64,000 nt of DNA, taken from the NCBI GenBank assembly GCA_043228905.1, contig JBHGNT010000011.1, positions 6,386,001 to 6,450,000 on the forward strand, read 5' to 3'. Both the position numbers and the translations under genes were made by a program. Positions within the stretch are counted from its first letter, which is position 1, and the number at the start of each line of letters is the position of its first letter. The notes below the pieces were generated by a model. That model made no database searches. It was given only the letters and a program-made list of their open reading frames with translations, and had not been told where the DNA came from. The stretch comes from Azolla caroliniana (Eukaryota > Plantae > Polypodiophyta). Of this stretch, positions 55,801 to 64,000 are shown in pieces.

Positions 55801-57717
55801 GGCGGGCGTTGCCTGTAGGAATCGTGTGGTGAATCGGAAAACGGACCGAGGGAGGTTTTACAGGTGGTGTAGACAACGAGGGAAAGGTGGCGAGGAGCCG
55901 TCTGATGTCGTTGATGCGCTCCGCCGGTGATATCAGGTACTGTGTGTTGCTGATGTGGGTGGTATCCCGCGGAGTAGTGAAGAGCGCGATCGGAATGTGA
56001 TTTGGGAGGATGAGCTGTTGTGCGGAGAAATCGAGACAGGCTCGACTATGGAGGAACCAATCACATCCCAAGGTGATTGGGAACAACTGGCGCGGGAGGA
56101 CGTAGAAACGATGGTGGATCTGGGCGGAACTAATGGTGAGCATGCACCTGACTTGCGTATGTGAGTGGTACACCCGTTGTTGGTCGTCGAAGAGGATTTT
56201 AATGGGCGGTGCGTGGCTCGTGGGAAGTTGTAATTGGGTGACTAAATCTGCGCTGATGGAAGAGATGTTGCTGCCGGAGTCGAGGAGAACTTCTTGGGTC
56301 GTGTGCTGGAGGCGGGCGATTGTGGTACAAAAGGGCGAAGTTGATGAAGTGGAGGCGTGGACGTGCGGGGGCGGCTCGATCATGGGAGAAACGGGAGAAG
56401 TTGAGGACGTGGAGACGTGGACGTGCGGGGGCGGCTCTCCCTGCGGCACCCCGCACATTAGTTTTCCGGGAGCTCAGAGAGGGAGGCAACGTCAGCTAAT
56501 TGGACGTTCTGCTTCTGTTGGTGATTCTGCCACTTTCGGTAGTGACGCCGAATGTGGCCATAGTTGTTGTAGTAGAAACATTTGGGGCGTCCCTGGCTGT
56601 CTCGTTCGAGCAATGCACGCTTGGCACGTAATTGCGCGTTCTGGATGTCGATGTCCATGGGAGTGACGGCTGGTATAGTGTTTGTATGATCATGACTGAG
56701 ATTACCTGGTGTGTGCATGTCGTGCGCGTCTGCAGCTTCGATGCGTTGGGCAGTGAGGATGGCTTCGTGTAGTGTCGTCGGGCCTTGATCGCGTACACGG
56801 CGGCGGAGGTCATGTCGTATACGCGGCCAGAAAAAAAACAACTTCATGTCCTCCGACATGTTGGCGTCAGCCCGGCGTAGGATCTGCACAAAACAAACCG
56901 CGAACTGGGTGATGGGTTCGCGTGGTTGTTGGGTAATTGACTCAAGTTGTTGTAGGGCCGTCTGGCGGGAGTCTTGATGAGCAAAATTCCGAATCATGGC
57001 TGCCCGTAACAGATCCCAGTCGTTGCGTGTCTCTTCGGGTTGTTGTACAAGCCATGTTGCCGCGATATTCTCGAGGAGTGTCTTCATCTCCATTGCCTTC
57101 CGAGGGTGTGGCCACTGGTGGTAACTGGCCACCATTTCGAAATGATCCAGCCAAGAGAGGACGTCTTCCGATGGTAGGCCGGAGAACGTTTTTGGGCGAA
57201 CTCGAGAGTCCGGGAGATTTTGTTGTGGCTCGGATCGTGCTGAAAGAAAGGACAACATGGCTTGGTTAGTATGGTTAACTTGTAAAATGATGTTGGACAG
57301 AGCTTGAACCAGTTGGTCGATTGGCGATGTGGGCTGGTGTCCTTGATTGTGTTGTAGGAATTCCGGATTCATCGAGTTTGTGTTGTCGTCGTTGTTGTCG
57401 TGTTGCATCGTGGCGGGCGTTGTTGGGGTCGTGAGTTGGGGTGGCTTGGCCCGTCTTCTCCACCAAGATGTGAAATGCTCAAGATGTGAAATGCTCTCAA
57501 GAATAGCCCCCTTTTCATTATGTCTCAAGTTACATTTTATAGACTCTCTCTTAGCGTGGAGGGTGTTCTCCCGCTCCAATTAGCTCTACTAATTATGGGG
57601 CTTGGTGGGGGCCTAGTTTGGGTGTGGTGCATGAGGCTTGGTAGGGGCCTAATTTGGGGTGTGGTGCATGGGGCTTGGTAGGGGCCTAATCTAGGTGTGG
57701 TCCATGTGACCACCACA
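52891..57717 (-). mobile_element. Element E: GC-rich non-chromovirus Ty3/Gypsy; LTRs 52891-53149 and 57469-57717; probable 4-bp TSD ATAT/ATAC
   Basis: Paired TG...CA LTRs, PBS TGGTGGAGAAGACGGG, and PPT CAAGGGGGAAT. gag ORF 56458-57579; pol 54611-56458 (LLDSGS, YLDD, TDAS); integrase 53498-54340 (HHCC, DDE); GPF motif. Confidence 0.93.
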
Positions 57718-57865
57718 ATACCATGCTCCTCCTGTGTTTTAGAGTAAATCAACAGATCATCTAAATAGATTATATGAAAGATATCTAGAAAATCTCGGAA
57801 AATGTCATTTGCCATATGTTGGAAAACAGTGGGTGCATTTGTGAGCCCGAAAGGCATGACACCCA

Positions 57866-60800
57866 ATGTACCAAAGGAATTTTTCCCGTAAAGAAGCAAA
57901 TAATGCCTCTCTCATGAAACATGGAAAACGCCTTTAAAATTTCCCTACATGGCATCTCCGCCTCTACGATCTCATCCTCTTCTATGTTGGCCATCATCTC
58001 TATATCATCTGGTAAAATCTCATGGAGAGCTTCATTGGCAACTACATGCATCACTTCCCAATATTGATCATTCCTCTTCTCCTCACCTTCTCCCATAACA
58101 TGTGCATAGGATGGTTTTGATAACATATCTATATCCTCCTCATGCATATTATTAGTTCCAATCTTTTGTTTCTTCACAATAACATCATCTTCTCCTTCCT
58201 CCCTTTGGCTCTGTATTTGTCTTGCATTTATACATGTATCCATCTCTGCCATAGATTCTATGTTCATTTGTGGCTAAACATAAAAACTAAGGAGATGAGA
58301 TCATTCTGTTGCCAATTGCATTGGGGATCATTTACCAATCATTGCTTCCGATGTGGTGGTTTGGGTCATTTCATGGTAGAATGTCCACAAACACCGGTAG
58401 TAGAGATGACTAATACTTCCCATGGTGATGTGTTAATTCCAGAGTATGTCACAAAGGACAATGAGGTGCCAAAAACTAAGGAACCAAATGATGACAAAGG
58501 TAAAGGTGTCACTATTTTGGAACATAAAGACAAATATATTGAAGAAAGAAGACAAGACTTAATAAATGATGATGGGTCTTGGATTAAGGTGGCCTCTAAG
58601 GTCAATCATCCAAGACACCAAAAAGAGAAGGTTCATGAACATTATGGCCAAGAGAGGGGTAGCTCCTCTAAAGATCCTATGGGGGTGTCTTATGCACCTA
58701 ATTATGATCAATTGGGAAGAAGGTCAAAACCGTGGCAAGGTTCACTGTATCAACAATCTAATCAAGGGACAAAACCTTTCAACCTTAGATTTGATAAGAA
58801 TGGTAAAATCAATCTACCATTACACAAACAAAATTGGAAATGAAATAGTTCGTGGGGTACAATGATATCCACCGATAGACATCAACCATCTGTGCAAAAT
58901 GCATTTGCAGTTTTAAGTGATTATTTCGGGGATATACCCAACATATTGGCATAACGAGAACGTGATCAAGCCAACATCCTAATTAGTGATTGATGAAAAT
59001 AGTCACATGGAATGTAAGGGGAATTTGTTCTTCGTCTAAGCGATATAGTATGTGCAAAACTGTTTTTATTAGTCAATGGGATGTATTATGTGCAGTAAAA
59101 CATAAGGAGCATGCTAGGTCTGGGTCGTCTCTTCACTATAAGCAATATCATGTGTTTTATGCTGGGGTCACTGGAGGGTTGTATTCAGGCATAATGCTTA
59201 TTGTAAGGGACAACTTGAAACCAATAGTGGTTCAAAGAGATGTTCATGGTCGGTTCTTGGTGGTTGAAGTTAATTATGAAGGGAATAAGATTTGGGTGGT
59301 AGGTATTTATGCACCAAGTGTTGCGGGACAATGTATCAATCTGTGGAGAGCTTTACATCAAGTTTTACGCCATGGAAGAACTGGTTTTTTGTTAGGTGAT
59401 TTTAACATGTGTTCAGAGGTGGGTCAATCTACTTCGATGCATGGCCTCATGGATGCTCTTGAACGAGAGGTTTGGGATTTGTTTATGATGGAGGTCTTAA
59501 GGTATGATGCATGGACTTGGATTAATGGACATGAGATTGGTTATACTTTTCAATCTGCATGATATAGATAGACTTGGAGTAGATTGAATTGAATCTACAT
59601 TATGCATGATGAGACATTCTTGCCATCACTTATGACTATGCAAGTGTATAGGGGGATTGGATTATCATATCACTTCCCGATTGTGTTGGACTGCACACAT
59701 CAAACTATGGATGATTTTAGATCGTTATTGGGAAAACCACCATTGCGGTTTACTTCATCTTTTCTTGGACATAATAACTTTAAACATGCTATGGGACAAT
59801 TGGTGGAAGAGTTAACTAGACAAGTCAATGTTCATGGTCTTTCATCATGGGATGTTTGTCTCTCTAATATTCAACGCTTTACACGATATTATGGAATTCA
59901 TCAAGCTTCCATCCGTAAACAAAAGATGATTTTAATCCAACAATTTCTAGACAGATGTAATGCATTGTTGGTGAAATGTCCATTTGATGATGTGTTGTTG
60001 GATATTCAAGAGGCATTGCCACATGCTTTACAAGTGTTAGAGGTTTGTAGTTATCAACAATCACGGGTGATGGCTATGAAAAGTGAAGTACATGATCACA
60101 ATTGTCATTCACATAAGTTTTTCCATGGGTTGCATGCATCTCATGCTAGGATGAATGTGGTATGCATAGAGATTGATGGAACTTTAAATACAAACCCACA
60201 AGTGATTATTGATGAGTGTGTTAAGCATTTCAAGAATCTTTTTGGGCAAGAAGGTAATCTAAATGATGACATAACACAAGCGAGATCAATGTTCTTTAAC
60301 TCAGTTACAATGATTGGTGGGCAACATGACATGTGGACCATGGAGGAGGATATACAAGAGGAGGAGGCTGAATATGTATTGTCACATCTCTTAGTTGATA
60401 AAAGCCCGAGTTGGGATGGCATTACGAATGAGTTTTTTAAAGCATTTGTACAAGAACTCAAAGGTCCTCTAACAATGTTATTCCAAGAAGTGTGGAGTTC
60501 TGGTAAAATGCCTGAGTCATGGAAAATAGGCCTGGTTAAGCTTATACCAAAAGTGGCATCTCGTATGTCTTTTGCTCAATGGAGACTGATATCATTAATG
60601 GGTGGGATGTATAAGATTTTTGCCAAAGTAATTGCAAATAGACTTCAAAAGCTATTGTCGTCTGTGGTTCATCCAATGCAATATGGGTTTATTAAAGGAA
60701 GGGATATCTTGCATAATATTTTGAATGTGCAAATGGCAGTGGATTATGCAAAAGAATCCAAACAGCAAATTGTAATGATACGACTAGATATCGAGAAGGC

Positions 60801-62720
60801 ATATGATCATGTAAGTTGGTCTTTTATTAATCAACTCTTGTCCTATATGGGTTTTGGGGAAAGGATGTCTCACATCCCCTTGTTGGTGGGATTAGGTGCA
60901 GTCTTACACATTATGTTAAATGGTGGAGTAACTAAAACAATACCATTGGCAAGATCACTTCGACAAGGATGCCCATTGAGTCCATTGTTATTTGCAATTG
61001 CTACACACCCGATTTTGGTGAAGATGCATGAGTTGGCAACATATGGGGAAATAGTTGCCATCAGGAAAACAATTGATAGCACAAGCATTGGCCGATGATT
61101 CGTTCTTATTTCTCAAAGCGGTACCTGATAATATAGCAAAAGCCATGGAGGTGTGGAATGTGTTTGCATTGGCGTCAGGATTACATATAAATATGCAAAA
61201 GTCTATGCTCATTAGATGCACTGTGAGTGATTTGGTGGATCTCGGATGGTGTGGCCAAATATTGGATCAAGGCAATGTGTGTCGGCACTTAGGTTACCCT
61301 ATTGGTGTTGATATCTCAACGTCTCAAAGTTTGAATTGAATATCGGGGACCATTTTAGACAAATTTATGTATTGGAAGTCTCAAGCATGGCCATTTAGTA
61401 CTCGTCTCAAAGTGGTACAAGCTATAATGATTCCAATGATTTCTTATTTTTTGCCATTATTACCTTGGACAAAGAAATCACTTGATCAATTAGCTCGTTC
61501 ACTTAAATATACATTGTGGAAGAAAGAATCAAGATTGGGTATGAGTTGGGTATTATGGAACTATATTTGTACTCCAAAACGGTTAGGGGGAGTTGCATTA
61601 CTAAATTTGGAGGATCATATGGTGGCTCGAAGATTCAATCTATTGAAAGGTATGTGCATAGGCACCCAACCTTGGGCAGAAATAAATTGTTATTTTGTGG
61701 AAAAGGTTGGTATATACCATGGGAAAACCAGAATTAGAACATCGTGGTGGCATGTTGTTAATAATACCTGTGCATTTAAATGTTCAAAATCTATTATGGT
61801 CCAGCAATTAGTGCTTTCTTGGCAGCGATGCTTGGAATTATTTCATTGGAGCCCCCTTGAGTGTAGAAAAGATACTAATTCCTTGGTAGCAGAGGTATTG
61901 GCATCTTCAAGGCTACTACATTGGGATGGAAAAGAAAGCCTAAATACACAATTTAATCGAATGGCCAAGCTAGGATTGGTAACGGTGGAAGATGGTATAT
62001 TACAGTCATGTAGGAAAATGATGGCCTTTAGGACAGTTAGAAATAAGTTTCATATACCACGAGGATATGGGTACATTTGGGAATCAATATTGGCATTGCC
62101 TAGATTAGTTTTCCCGATTCGAATGTTGTTGGTTGCGGACCCATGGAAAGATTGGTCGTTTGGTATTGGACAATCAATTTTTGTGGTGAACACTAATGAT
62201 GTATACCATAAGTTGGTTGAAGATAGAGCTTGGTTAGCAACCAAGGTTGCAAACACATGGTATATTACTCGACATGCAAAGTGGTGGACTAGAGTTTTGG
62301 ATGCAGGATGGGAGTCACATCTTCCGTTTAGTGCTAAGGTGTTTCTTTGGCATGTGATTGTTGGTGGGTTGCCTTTGGCAATGGCTTTAAAACGGCGAAA
62401 TATTTCAAATGGGACATGTTTTTTTTGCATGGTGGTTGAGGAAGATGCCAGACATAGGTTCATTACATGTCCGGTTGCTAAAGCCATTTGGGTGGTTATA
62501 TCACAAAATTGGGCATCGATAACAGGAAATATTTTGTCACCTTTTAACAGGGTTTTTATTGATGACGATAAAGGCATGCCTGCACCATCATATAAGGTCG
62601 TGTTTGACTACCTTAGGTATTGGGGGATGTGGTTTAATTGGACCATGAGAAATGGGTTCTTGTTTGATGGACTTCATGGGGGGTAACACAACAACTTCGT
62701 AGGATGAAAGGGAAATTGAT
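57866..62720 (+). mobile_element. Decayed L1-type LINE (ORF1 with CCHC knuckle; ORF2 EN-RT-zinc finger); 5' part apparently inverted
   Basis: Motifs CFRCGGLGHFMVECP, MKIVTWNVRG...GIYAP...LLGDFN (APE endonuclease), LDIEKAYD, LRQGCPLSP, ADD and CFFC..EDARHRFITC, with several stops and frameshifts. An ORF1-like piece lies on the minus strand at ~57866-58267. Confidence 0.88.
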
Positions 62721-63088
62721 GTGGCAATTTTCGCAACTGTGTTGTTTGGGGACATTGTCCTGAGAGGAGATAGAGGTATGCCATCTAGTTTTTTCCCACG
62801 CATTATCACTACTCATGATGTAGTGAAGTGTATTATCATCTTGTTTTAATAACAAAACATTGATTTGCGAAAAAGAAAGAAAGAAAGTAGTGTGCAAGGT
62901 CACATACATATTGAATATTGATATGATCCATGCTATTATTTATTCTTCGCCATGTGAATTGGGTTTGAGTTTGGAAAAGAAAGAAAGAAGGGAGGGGTAT
63001 GTGGGCGAATTTGATAAAACCTGCTCTCCTGCTCCTGCTGCTGCTTTTGCTGTCGAGGAGGGAACAGAAGAAGGAGGGGGGGGTATAG

Positions 63089-64000
<912 letters not shown>

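Larger units (their letters stand above)
35328..57865 (-). mobile_element. Element A: decayed Ty3/Gypsy chromovirus (Tcn1-like), host of nested insertions; 3' LTR 35328-35752; 5' half missing
   Basis: TGTCA...TGACA LTR with PPT and a chromodomain (YEVVVILDSK..YYLVDWVGYPPSDRTWEP). pol continues across the insertions in pieces 35753-36831, 41924-42817, 52733-52890 and 57718-57865 (e.g. IVLPLT|QLTKKNQAF and [17 protein letters not shown]|HVRKVLERL). Confidence 0.85.

Overview
Land-plant nuclear genomic DNA, most likely a non-angiosperm lineage (inferred from a THI1-linked TPP riboswitch and Tcn1-like chromoviruses). The left half holds a physical cluster of the two committed thiamine (vitamin B1) biosynthesis genes. 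THIC (pyrimidine branch, minus strand, 3 coding exons, 654 aa) and THI1/THI4 (thiazole branch, plus strand, 2 exons, 367 aa) lie head-to-head, and each carries its own TPP riboswitch in the 3' UTR with a CAG splice acceptor inside the aptamer. A near-identical second copy of the THI1 upstream region and 5' CDS (1-6357, matching 17993-24328) ends at a 100-N gap and may be an uncollapsed haplotype. Next comes RPS2 (uS5, minus), then about 31 kb of transposons: an RTE-like LINE relic, a truncated Copia, a chromovirus with four LTR elements nested in it (TSDs resolved), and an L1 with an apparent 5' inversion. The window ends in exon 1 of RUVBL2 (plus). Three different LTR or LTR-like families carry an antisense tRNA-like A-box/B-box module upstream of their TATA box. 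All calls come from manual reading; no database searches were run.
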